DNA of 32,000 nucleotides from Candidatus Electrothrix yaqonensis (GTDB taxonomy: Bacteria > Desulfobacterota > Desulfobulbia > Desulfobulbales > Desulfobulbaceae), in assembly GCA_047651235.1 (NCBI GenBank), contig CP178758.1, positions 2,820,001 through 2,852,000 on the forward strand, written 5' to 3'. Position 1 is the stretch's first letter, and each line of letters starts with the position of its first letter. Made by a program: the position numbers and the translations under genes. The notes under the pieces were generated by a model. That model had not been told where the DNA came from, did not search any database, and saw only the letters and a list, made by a program, of their open reading frames with translations. Shown here one piece after another: positions 10,056-18,046 of the stretch.

Positions 10056-11210
10056 CTAAAATTTAAGCCTTACCCCGGTCAGTGCAATGGAAATCGGCTC
10101 GTAATCAGCATCACTGCTGTCCTCAAGCTCGAAACCGCGCCAGGCAGCAAACAGCTCGGTATTGTAAGCGGAGATTTTCTGTACCACCTGGACGCCGAAG
10201 GCTGTGCCTTCCTCGCCGGTATTCTGATTTCCGATATTTTCGTACACACCGTAATCCACTGAACAGGCCGTAGCGCCCGGGGAAAAAATCTTGGCCTTGT
10301 AGCCGATTTTTCCGTACATGAAGGTCGGATCATCACCGCCTGCAGGCATGTTGTCCAGGTCGCGGGAGCCTCCGGCAAGGGTGAAGTTCAGGCCGGAACC
10401 GAACAGCACGGACGCGGACCCGTTGATCTGCGTATAATCCTTGTCCTCACCGGGTTCAACATAGGCAAGCGCTGCTTCCAGCTTGGTCTCTCCTATCGTG
10501 CCGGAGTACAGCAGAGCTGCATCGGCCCGCTCCTCTTCTCCGGCAGATACGGCCAAGGTGAACCCACCGAAATTCTGGGTGTCATAACGCAGCCGGTTCC
10601 GTTTGCTCAGACCGTCCATCTGGTCAAAAATATCACTAACCTTCATATAGCTGCTTTTTTCTTCAGTGTCGTCCTCTGCAGTTGCAGCCAAGATTGCTGC
10701 AGCATCATAAAACGTGAACCCGCCGCCGACATCTGCAACACCTGAGTTCCCGGCCAGAGCCGTGCCGGACAAATCCACCTCCGAGGTTTCGTCGGAAGCC
10801 ATGTAGCCCTGTCCCACAGAGATTTTACCGAACCTGTTGATGTCAAAGTACACCTCCATCTTGCGCTCCTTGAGCTTACCGGAGATGCTTTCCTCTTTCA
10901 TGGACACCTTATCCGAAGGATTGGTCTGCCACTGCACTTCAGCATTGCCGCCGATGGTCAGATTTTCGGACGCGGCAACTTTGGCTTTAAGTCCGACCCG
11001 GCTTTCCGAGTGGGTATTGTCCACATGAAAGAGCTTGCTGTCATCACCGTCATCGGCGACCATCACTGCCCGGTCGATGTGCCCGTACAGGTTCAGTCCT
11101 ACTTTGTCATTCCCTGATTTGATCTCCAGTGCCGAGGCTGCAGCAGCACTTCCCAGCAGCAGAGCTCCGGTTGTCAGGGCAACAGCACCGGCTGAATAAC
11201 ACTTTTTCAT
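10056..11210 (-). CDS. outer-membrane porin (general Gram-negative porin type)
   Basis: I moved the start to the ATG at 11210 (MKKCYSAGAVALTTGALLLGSAAAASA signal peptide) because GGAGGG (11216-11221) lies 5 nt upstream. Alternating amphipathic strands, many G/D/N turns and C-terminal ...GVRLKF (terminal Phe) are typical of beta-barrel OMPs. Confidence 0.8.
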   Translation of the reverse strand: MKKCYSAGAVALTTGALLLGSAAAASALEIKSGNDKVGLNLYGHIDRAVMVADDGDDSKLFHVDNTHSESRVGLKAKVAASENLTIGGNAEVQWQTNPSDKVSMKEESISGKLKERKMEVYFDINRFGKISVGQGYMASDETSEVDLSGTALAGNSGVADVGGGFTFYDAAAILAATAEDDTEEKSSYMKVSDIFDQMDGLSKRNRLRYDTQNFGGFTLAVSAGEEERADAALLYSGTIGETKLEAALAYVEPGEDKDYTQINGSASVLFGSGLNFTLAGGSRDLDNMPAGGDDPTFMYGKIGYKAKIFSPGATACSVDYGVYENIGNQNTGEEGTAFGVQVVQKISAYNTELFAAWRGFELEDSSDADYEPISIALTGVRLKF

Positions 11211-11386
11211 TTTTTCCCTCCGACTTTCTTCTTTTGGTTTAGTATACAATCTGAAATCTGCTCACAGCCTGTTGCCTCAAAGCGGACAGCGCTGTTCGTC
11301 TGTTGTTCCCTTGTATAAAAATGATACAACAAGAGAGGCAAAGAAGAAAAGTTTTTTTGTATAATTTTTTTTACCGAACAATAAGA

Positions 11387-11401
11387 GTCACATTGTGTGA
11401 C
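11387..11401. promoter_or_regulatory. palindrome GTCACA-TTG-TGTGAC in the porin/valS divergent intergenic region
   Basis: 6+3+6 inverted repeat read directly, in an AT-rich 387-bp divergent promoter region. No regulator assigned. Confidence 0.2.
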
Positions 11402-11636
11402 CTATTAGTGCTCTTTAAGTATCACCAAGGTCTATGAATATACGATAAAATTACTTCGGGATACCTGAAAGGGAAAATAAAAAATATTGTACAATTTTGG
11501 CTATACTCAGAACAGCTTGAAAATCTGTTCTCCTTCTCTGCGCTCCTGCCGGTATTTCTTGAAGCCTTATCCGCACTGTTATATAGTGCTCTTTTATTGA
11601 AATTACCACGCCCTTTCCATCTTTTTCCAGGATACC

Positions 11637-14330
11637 ATGAATAAAAAAATCAAATCAGACCAAAGCCCGGCCAAATACGACCTGCCCAAAGCCTATGAAT
11701 TCGAGGAGGTCGAACAACGCTGGTATGAATACTGGCTTGAGCATAAAACCTTCAGTGCAGAAATAGAACAAGGCAGGGACGCCTTTTCCATCGTCATTCC
11801 TCCGCCCAATGTCACCGGCGTGCTGCACATCGGCCATGCCCTGAACAACACCCTCCAGGATCTGCTGACCCGCTACCACCGGATGAAAGGCGATAACACC
11901 CTCTGGGTTCCGGGTACGGATCACGCCGGTATTGCCACCCAGAATGTGGTGGAGCGGCAGCTCGCCACGGAAAAGCAGACCCGCCATGACCTAGGCCGGG
12001 AGAAATTCATTGAGCGGGTCTGGCAGTGGCGGACCGATAAGGGCGGCACTATTATCAACCAGCTCAAGCGGATGGGGGCCTCCTGCGACTGGGACCGCGA
12101 ACGTTTCACGATGGATGAAGGCCTGTCCAAGGCGGTGCGCGAAGTTTTTGTCCGTCTGTATGATGAAGGGCTGATCTATAAGGGCGATTACATCGTCAAC
12201 TGGTGCCCGCGCTGCCTGACCGCTCTGGCTGATGATGAGGTAGAGCACGATCCCACCAAGGGCAAGCTCTACCATCTCCGCTACCCCTATGCGGACGGCT
12301 CCGGTTCCGTAGTCATCGCCACCACCCGGCCAGAAACCATGCTCGGCGACACAGCCGTGGCTGTCCATCCGGAAGACGAGCGCTACGCTGGTCTGCAGGA
12401 TATAGGCATCCGCCTGCCTATCGTTGACCGGACCATCCCGGTGGTCCTGGATCATCATGTCCAACGCGATTTCGGGACCGGTGCCCTTAAGGTCACGCCC
12501 TCCCATGACCGGGATGACTACGAGATCGGTCTGCGTCACGACCTGGATCGGGTCAAGATCATGGATGACCACGGCATCATGAACGAGCAGGCCGGGAAAT
12601 ACGCAGGCATGGACCGCTTTGCCTGCCGGGAGCAGATTGTCAAGGATCTGGACGAGCTGAGCTTTCTCAATAAGATTGAAGACTATGACCATGCAGTGGG
12701 CAAGTGCTACCGCTGCGCCACCGTGGTCGAGCCGACCACCTCCAAACAGTGGTTTGTTTCCGTCCGTCCTTTGGCGGACAAGGCTGTGGCTGCCGTGCGC
12801 GAGGGCCGGATCAAGCTCTACCCGGACACTTGGTACAATACCTTCTATGCCTGGATGGACAACATCCGCGACTGGTGCATCTCCCGCCAGATCTGGTGGG
12901 GTCACCGCATCCCGGCCTGGACCTGTCTGGAATGCGGCAAGTTAATCGTTGCTGTCGATGATCCGGGCTTCTGCTCAAGATGCGGTAAAATACATCTTGA
13001 ACAGGAAACCGATGTCCTGGACACCTGGTTTTCCTCGGCCCTGTGGCCCTTCTCCACCCTAGGTTGGCCCGAACAAACTAAGGAGATAGAGACCTTTTAT
13101 CCGACTTCAGTGCTGATTACCAGCTTTGATATCCTCTTTTTCTGGGTGGCCCGGATGATGATGATGGGCCTGCATTTCATGGACGAGGTACCCTTTCACG
13201 ATGTCTATTTGCATGCCTTAGTGCGCGACAAGCACGGCAAAAAGATGTCCAAATCCACCGGCAACGTGATTGATCCGGTGGACACGATCGCCCAGTACGG
13301 CACCGATGCCTTCCGCTTCACCCTGACCGCCTTTGCCGCCCAAGGCCGGGAAATCAAGATGGATGAGGAGCGCATTGACGGCTACCGCCGCTTTATCAAC
13401 AAGCTGTGGAATGCGGCCCGTTTTGCTCAGATGCACATCAAGGACAGTGATCCGGGCATCGTGGCAGTAACAGAGAAGCCTGCCGAACTCGCCCTGCCCC
13501 ACCGTTGGATACTCAGCCGCACCGATGCCACCATCCGCGACGTACGCAAGGCTCTGGACGGCTACGATTTCAACCTGATCGCCTCAGCCATCTACCAGTT
13601 TACCTGGCATGAGTTCTGCGACTGGTATGTGGAGTGGATCAAGGCAGATCTGTTCTCTGATGACGAGACAAAGCGCGAACAGGCCAGAGGCGTGTTGCTC
13701 TCTGTGCTGGAAAACATCTTGAAAATGCTCCATCCTGTCTGCCCCTTTGTCACTGAGGAGATCTGGAGCCAGTTGCCCGGCGAGCGCGGTACCATCATGC
13801 TGGAGGCTTTTCCCAAGGCCAACCCGGCTTGGCAGGATACTGAGGCAGAGCAGTCTATGCAACTGCTCATGGATGTGATCTCTGCTACCCGCACCATCCG
13901 GAGCGAGGCTGATGTCCATCCGAGCGCCAAGGTTCATGCCTCAATCATCTGCGCCGATGCGGGCAAACGTGATCTGCTGCATGACTTTAACGATTCGCTC
14001 TGCTCCATGACCCGCTCTGAATCTCTCTCAATCATGGAGGCTGGCACCGTTCCTGACGATGCCGGGCATATCCTTACTGAAAGCGGGGTCGAGGTTTTTG
14101 TTCCGCTGAAGGACCTGATTGACGTGGAAGCGGAAATGGAGAAGCTAGCCCGCGAACGCAAGAAGATTGAGCAGGAACTCAAGCGGGTGCAGGGTAAGCT
14201 GGGGAATGCAAAATTCCTGAGCAATGCTCCTGATGTGGTGATAGAGAAGGAAAAGGGCAAACAGGCGGAGCTGGAGAATCGGCTGGCTAAGAATGAAGAG
14301 TCGAAGGCACGGCTGATGAAGTTGGGTTAA
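11637..14330 (+). CDS. valS: valine--tRNA ligase
   Basis: HIGH motif (PPNVTGVLHIGHA), KMSKS motif (KKMSKSTGN), editing-domain and anticodon-binding regions, C-terminal coiled coil. 897 aa. Confidence 0.97.
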   Translation: MNKKIKSDQSPAKYDLPKAYEFEEVEQRWYEYWLEHKTFSAEIEQGRDAFSIVIPPPNVTGVLHIGHALNNTLQDLLTRYHRMKGDNTLWVPGTDHAGIATQNVVERQLATEKQTRHDLGREKFIERVWQWRTDKGGTIINQLKRMGASCDWDRERFTMDEGLSKAVREVFVRLYDEGLIYKGDYIVNWCPRCLTALADDEVEHDPTKGKLYHLRYPYADGSGSVVIATTRPETMLGDTAVAVHPEDERYAGLQDIGIRLPIVDRTIPVVLDHHVQRDFGTGALKVTPSHDRDDYEIGLRHDLDRVKIMDDHGIMNEQAGKYAGMDRFACREQIVKDLDELSFLNKIEDYDHAVGKCYRCATVVEPTTSKQWFVSVRPLADKAVAAVREGRIKLYPDTWYNTFYAWMDNIRDWCISRQIWWGHRIPAWTCLECGKLIVAVDDPGFCSRCGKIHLEQETDVLDTWFSSALWPFSTLGWPEQTKEIETFYPTSVLITSFDILFFWVARMMMMGLHFMDEVPFHDVYLHALVRDKHGKKMSKSTGNVIDPVDTIAQYGTDAFRFTLTAFAAQGREIKMDEERIDGYRRFINKLWNAARFAQMHIKDSDPGIVAVTEKPAELALPHRWILSRTDATIRDVRKALDGYDFNLIASAIYQFTWHEFCDWYVEWIKADLFSDDETKREQARGVLLSVLENILKMLHPVCPFVTEEIWSQLPGERGTIMLEAFPKANPAWQDTEAEQSMQLLMDVISATRTIRSEADVHPSAKVHASIICADAGKRDLLHDFNDSLCSMTRSESLSIMEAGTVPDDAGHILTESGVEVFVPLKDLIDVEAEMEKLARERKKIEQELKRVQGKLGNAKFLSNAPDVVIEKEKGKQAELENRLAKNEESKARLMKLG

Positions 14331-14477
14331 ACGAGATTGATTGAACTACCTCCCTGACTTTGTTGTCGGGGAGGTTCCATGTACCTGAGCAACAGAGATT
14401 GAGTGATGATTGAACAGCTTGAAATCAAAAACTTTAGAGGAATTGAGCAGTTTAAAATTGATAATATTGGTCAGGTT
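14258..14477 (+). repeat. direct repeat copy A (valS 3' end + hairpin + 5' end of ATPase gene)
   Basis: Aligns with 16160-16381. It includes a 43-nt identical core GCAACAGAGATTGAGTGATGATTGAACAGCTTGAAATCAAAAA (14389-14431 = 16291-16333). Overall roughly three quarters identical by eye. Confidence 0.9.
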
Positions 14478-15515
14478 AACCTCCTGGTCGGCACAAACAA
14501 CAGTGGAAAAACATCAATTTTAGAGGCTATTCGTTTGCTCAAATCAGAAGGAAATTCATATGATTTCCTTTCAGTCCTGCTTCAACGAGGTGAAAGAATT
14601 CAAAAAGAATCCGATAGACGTCAAATAGACGGGGACTTATGCAGGCTTTTTTATGGTTTTGAACTGAATTCAACTTCCAATTTTTCCATTAAGGGAGGAG
14701 GCGAAAAGCAGAACGAGGGAATATCAGCTTCCGTGAAAGAAATTCCTGTCCAGTCTGAAGTTTTTGAAAAAGACCCTGACTTTTCAGGCCAGTATCAATT
14801 TGATATTCGTTGGAAAAAAGGAAACGAAGAAATTCATCAAGATATTCCTGTCAGCTTGGACGGAGGACTGTCCTATGATTATATAAGAAGGAAACTCCGT
14901 CTTAAGGCAGGGCCAACAAAAGAGAACAATCTTGAATTTGTACCAACCTCTTCATTGTCATCTCATGAAGTTATCGCTTTATTTGACAGAGTAATCCTGA
15001 CACCTGATGAAGAACTTGTACTGGATGCATTAAGAATCATTGAGCCTGATATTACTCGTCTTGCTTCGCTTGGAGGAGGAGCTCGATATTATCCTTTACG
15101 TTCGGGAGACTATGACCGTGGCGGTCTTTTTGTCAAAAGCAGCAAATGGGAAAAAAGAATTCCCATCGGAAGTTTTGGTGACGGTATCTGGCGGTTGCTG
15201 GGACTGATTTTATCCTTGGTCGGAGCAAAAAACGGCACCTTGCTGGTTGATGAAATCGATACCGGCCTACACCACACCGTTATGTCCAAGATGTGGAAGC
15301 TGATTTGCATCACCGCAAAAAAACTCAACGTGCAAGTCTTTGCCACCACCCACAGCAGCGACTGCTGGAAAACGCTGGCCGACAATGCGGTTGAAGATGA
15401 ATTTGCCGACATGCCCATCCGTATCCATCGGATTGATAAAAACAAAATCCGACCGGAAACCTTTACCAATACGGAGATGCACCTTGCCCTAGATCAGGAA
15501 ATAGAGGTTCGCTAG
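14403..15515 (+). CDS. ABC/OLD-type AAA ATPase (AAA_15/AAA_21-like)
   Basis: N-terminal IEQLEIKNFRGI, Walker A GTNNSGKTS, Walker B/D-loop TLLVDEIDTGLH, H-loop FATTHSSD. Start is GTG 14403 or ATG 14406. Confidence 0.85.
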   Translation: MMIEQLEIKNFRGIEQFKIDNIGQVNLLVGTNNSGKTSILEAIRLLKSEGNSYDFLSVLLQRGERIQKESDRRQIDGDLCRLFYGFELNSTSNFSIKGGGEKQNEGISASVKEIPVQSEVFEKDPDFSGQYQFDIRWKKGNEEIHQDIPVSLDGGLSYDYIRRKLRLKAGPTKENNLEFVPTSSLSSHEVIALFDRVILTPDEELVLDALRIIEPDITRLASLGGGARYYPLRSGDYDRGGLFVKSSKWEKRIPIGSFGDGIWRLLGLILSLVGAKNGTLLVDEIDTGLHHTVMSKMWKLICITAKKLNVQVFATTHSSDCWKTLADNAVEDEFADMPIRIHRIDKNKIRPETFTNTEMHLALDQEIEVR

Positions 15516-15516
15516 G

Positions 15517-16200
15517 ATGGCCCGTCAACATGAGAAGGTTCTTTTGGTTGAAGGAGCGGAAGACCAGCGGGTTATTCCTGAGCTTGTTGAGGCAAATGGA
15601 ATTCAGTGGGGCGAAAAAGAAAAAGACTGGATTGTTCAGATTAAATCCCTGAACGGTGTAGAAAAACTTTTGGATAAAGAACGGATCAATGTCCAGCTGA
15701 AGGCGTCAGGATTGAAAATTCTCGGCATCATCCTTGATGCGGACGATGAGCCTGCTGACCGTTGGCAGAGCATACGCAACTGTCTGCTTGAACGATATCC
15801 GGATATTCCGGAAGAATTACCCGCAACCGGCCTGATCCATCCCGGTGAAATCAAAATCGGCGTTTGGATGATGCCGGACAATCAACAACAGGGAATGCTG
15901 GAGACCTTTCTCCAATTTCTCCTACCTGAAGACGACAAAGAGCTTTGGGAGTTTACCGAGCAGAGTTGCAGGCAGGCCACCAACTACGGAGCGTCTTACA
16001 AAGAACCCCATCTGGATAAAGCAAAAATCCATACTTGGCTGGCATGGCAGAATCCTCCGGGACGGCAGCTGCATAACGCGGTCATGGAACGCATTCTCTC
16101 GCCGACTTCGCCGCAGGCAGCCTCTTTCATGCAGTGGTTTCAGAAATTATTTGAGGTTACAGCAACAGGAGATGCCGGAGACCCGGCTGGTGAAAAATGA
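15517..16200 (+). CDS. small Toprim-like protein (DUF3226/DUF4276/DUF4435-type), partner of the ATPase
   Basis: The ATG is 1 nt after the ATPase stop. KVLLVEGAEDQRVIPELV (Toprim Glu) and KILGIILDADDEP (DxD) lie ~60 aa apart. Family assignment is from motif memory, not from a search. Confidence 0.6.
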   Translation: MARQHEKVLLVEGAEDQRVIPELVEANGIQWGEKEKDWIVQIKSLNGVEKLLDKERINVQLKASGLKILGIILDADDEPADRWQSIRNCLLERYPDIPEELPATGLIHPGEIKIGVWMMPDNQQQGMLETFLQFLLPEDDKELWEFTEQSCRQATNYGASYKEPHLDKAKIHTWLAWQNPPGRQLHNAVMERILSPTSPQAASFMQWFQKLFEVTATGDAGDPAGEK

Positions 16201-16381
16201 AGAATCGAAGGCGAGGCTGGGCAAGTTGGGATAAGCGGGGTTGGTTGAAATGCCTCCTTGGCGTTTTGTCGGGAGGCGCTGTGCATCTTTGCAACAGAGA
16301 TTGAGTGATGATTGAACAGCTTGAAATCAAAAATTTCAGAGGATTTGCTGACTACAAGATTGATGATGTAGGGCAGATCGG
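16160..16381 (+). repeat. direct repeat copy B (relic valS 3' end + hairpin + relic ATPase 5' end)
   Basis: In the valS-like frame, 16184-16234 reads RLVKNEESKARLGKLG* versus the valS C-terminus RLAKNEESKARLMKLG*. A conserved hairpin lies at 16252-16277. The ATPase-like start is at 16305/16308. Confidence 0.9.
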
Positions 16382-16439
16382 TGTCACTCAGGCGCCATTA
16401 TTGCACGAAAATATGCTTTGCGCCTGCATGTCCTGTTAG
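16305..16439 (+). pseudogene. 5' remnant of a second ABC/OLD-type ATPase gene (truncated before Walker A)
   Basis: Encodes MIEQLEIKNFRGFADYKIDDVGQI, near-identical to the first 24 aa of the 14403 ATPase. It then diverges (GVTQAPLLHENMLCACMSC*) and stops at 16437-16439. Confidence 0.75.
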
Positions 16440-16462
16440 TGATATAACTGATTGAATTGGAC

Positions 16463-16495
16463 AAAAAATCCTCCCAACAGAAAACTGTCGGGAGG
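16463..16495 (-). terminator. Rho-independent terminator of the dsbC-like gene
   Basis: On the minus strand, the CCTCCC/GGGAGG stem (16470-16475 / 16490-16495) is followed by ATTTTTTGT. Confidence 0.75.
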
Positions 16496-16537
16496 AAAAA
16501 TCTGCAAATATGGAAAACGCCTTTTCAGCCTGTTCTA

Positions 16538-17353
16538 TTATTTCGGCGTCTCCTTCAGCATCTTCACGATCTCATCCGCATCTCTGTAACCGGGGATAAC
16601 CCGGCCATCCGGCATAATCAGGGTCGGAGTCGAACCTATATATAGTTCCTTGCCCAAGGTGATATTTTTCTCCACAGCATCGTTTTCGCATTCCGGTTCC
16701 GGCAGAGACTTTCCAGCAAGACTCTCGTCCAGCAGGCTCAGGGCCTTGGCATTATCTCCGCCGATTTTTGCGCAGACAATAGTCTGTGCCTTCTGTTTGG
16801 CATGAGGATGCATGATCAGGGGGAACATCTTGACCAGAAAGGCAATATCAGGGTGATCCTCAACCACTTTTTTCATAACCGGGTGCAGCTTGCGGCAGAA
16901 TTTGCACTCCGGGTCGTCAAACACGATGATTTGATGTGCAGCATCCGCTTTACCGAGCAGCAACGCATCCTCCAGAGGAATCCGGGAACGGTCCACTGTA
17001 TTCATTTTAACAAAACTGCTCTTGGTTACGTTCTCGTCACTTTCCAGTTTCAGCACGTTGCCGCTGATCAGATAGCTTTTTGAAAAGTCAAGATAGAGCG
17101 GCACTTTCTGGGGTGTTCCCTGTTTATTGCGGACAACGGCTTCCACATCCCAGAGACCGGGCACCTCGCTACGTTTGACTTCGAGCACTTCGCTGACCTT
17201 TCCCGTGAGCAGCTCAGCAACTTCTTCTTTGCTGACTGCATGGCAGTCCCGGCAGTCACCGGCACCGCAGCCTCCTTTCTGAAAGGCTGACGCCGGGGAG
17301 CCTGCAAGCAGGGCGAGCAGGAAAAACGGAAGAATAACTGTATGAAGTTTCAT
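16538..17353 (-). CDS. periplasmic thiol:disulfide interchange protein, DsbC/DsbG-like
   Basis: Signal peptide MKLHTVILPFFLLALLAGSPASA. N-terminal dimerisation-type domain. Thioredoxin fold with active site DDPECKFCRKLHP and the cis-Pro region GSTPTLIMPDG. Confidence 0.85.
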   Translation of the reverse strand: MKLHTVILPFFLLALLAGSPASAFQKGGCGAGDCRDCHAVSKEEVAELLTGKVSEVLEVKRSEVPGLWDVEAVVRNKQGTPQKVPLYLDFSKSYLISGNVLKLESDENVTKSSFVKMNTVDRSRIPLEDALLLGKADAAHQIIVFDDPECKFCRKLHPVMKKVVEDHPDIAFLVKMFPLIMHPHAKQKAQTIVCAKIGGDNAKALSLLDESLAGKSLPEPECENDAVEKNITLGKELYIGSTPTLIMPDGRVIPGYRDADEIVKMLKETPK

Positions 17354-17519
17354 GATACACTGTAGAAAAAGATTGACTGTTCAGCAGAGCTGTACCGGAG
17401 AGTTTCTGTTCGGATTGTATATATTTTCAACAGGGCAAATTCTGACATAATTTTGGCGATAATGCAAATAGAAAATACTGCACTTTTGCCGCTCATGCCC
17501 GGTCATCTTTTGCAGGCGA

Positions 17520-17548
17520 ATCTGCCAAAAAAATCTGCCAAAAAAAAA
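17520..17548. repeat. tandem 13-nt duplication ATCTGCCAAAAAA x2 plus A run
   Basis: Read directly (17520-17532 and 17533-17545), in the region upstream of the dsbC-like gene. Confidence 0.8.
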
Positions 17549-17600
17549 CATCGGGAATTTTCAATCCGTTTCACCGGACGGTCGCACCGTTGATACCATT

Positions 17601-17635
17601 CAAAATAAAGGCCGCTTCCTCTTCAGAAAGCGGCC
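17601..17635 (-). terminator. Rho-independent terminator of the small secreted-protein gene
   Basis: On the minus strand, the 8-bp stem GGCCGCTT/AAGCGGCC (17610-17617 / 17628-17635) is followed by TTTATTTTG. Confidence 0.7.
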
Positions 17636-17698
17636 CTGTCTTTCCGTCCCCTGCTGAATCCATCCGGCAGAGAGCAGCAGCGGTCTGTCTCAATACGA

Positions 17699-18046
17699 TC
17701 AATAATATGGGTACCAGTCCGGTTCCTTCCAAGAAGAACTCCACTCACGCTCCTTCCAGGAAGGAAGAACCCACTCACAATAGGTCTCGCCGCTATACGA
17801 AGACAGTCCTCCTCTGTAGTCACATGCGGAAAAAGCTGCCCACCGCAGTGCTCTCCAGGCATCCTCGCTGCTCATATGGCTCAGTTCGACAGCGATAGGA
17901 ACGCTTTCGTAGTTGTTGCAAGAGGCAGTACCTGATGCTCCCCAGTAGGCGACTTCGGTTCTTGCCCAATCATCGGCAAAGGCATGTCCGGCCAACAGAA
18001 ATGAAATAAAAAGAACGGCTGCAATGATTGACCTTGAGTGCTTCAT
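17699..18046 (-). CDS. small secreted Trp/Tyr-rich hypothetical protein (115 aa)
   Basis: GAGAGGAA RBS. Signal peptide MKHSRSIIAAVLFISFLLAGHAFA. Own terminator. C-terminal repeated SWKE(R/P)(E/D)W motif. Confidence 0.65.
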   Translation of the reverse strand: MKHSRSIIAAVLFISFLLAGHAFADDWARTEVAYWGASGTASCNNYESVPIAVELSHMSSEDAWRALRWAAFSACDYRGGLSSYSGETYCEWVLPSWKEREWSSSWKEPDWYPYY

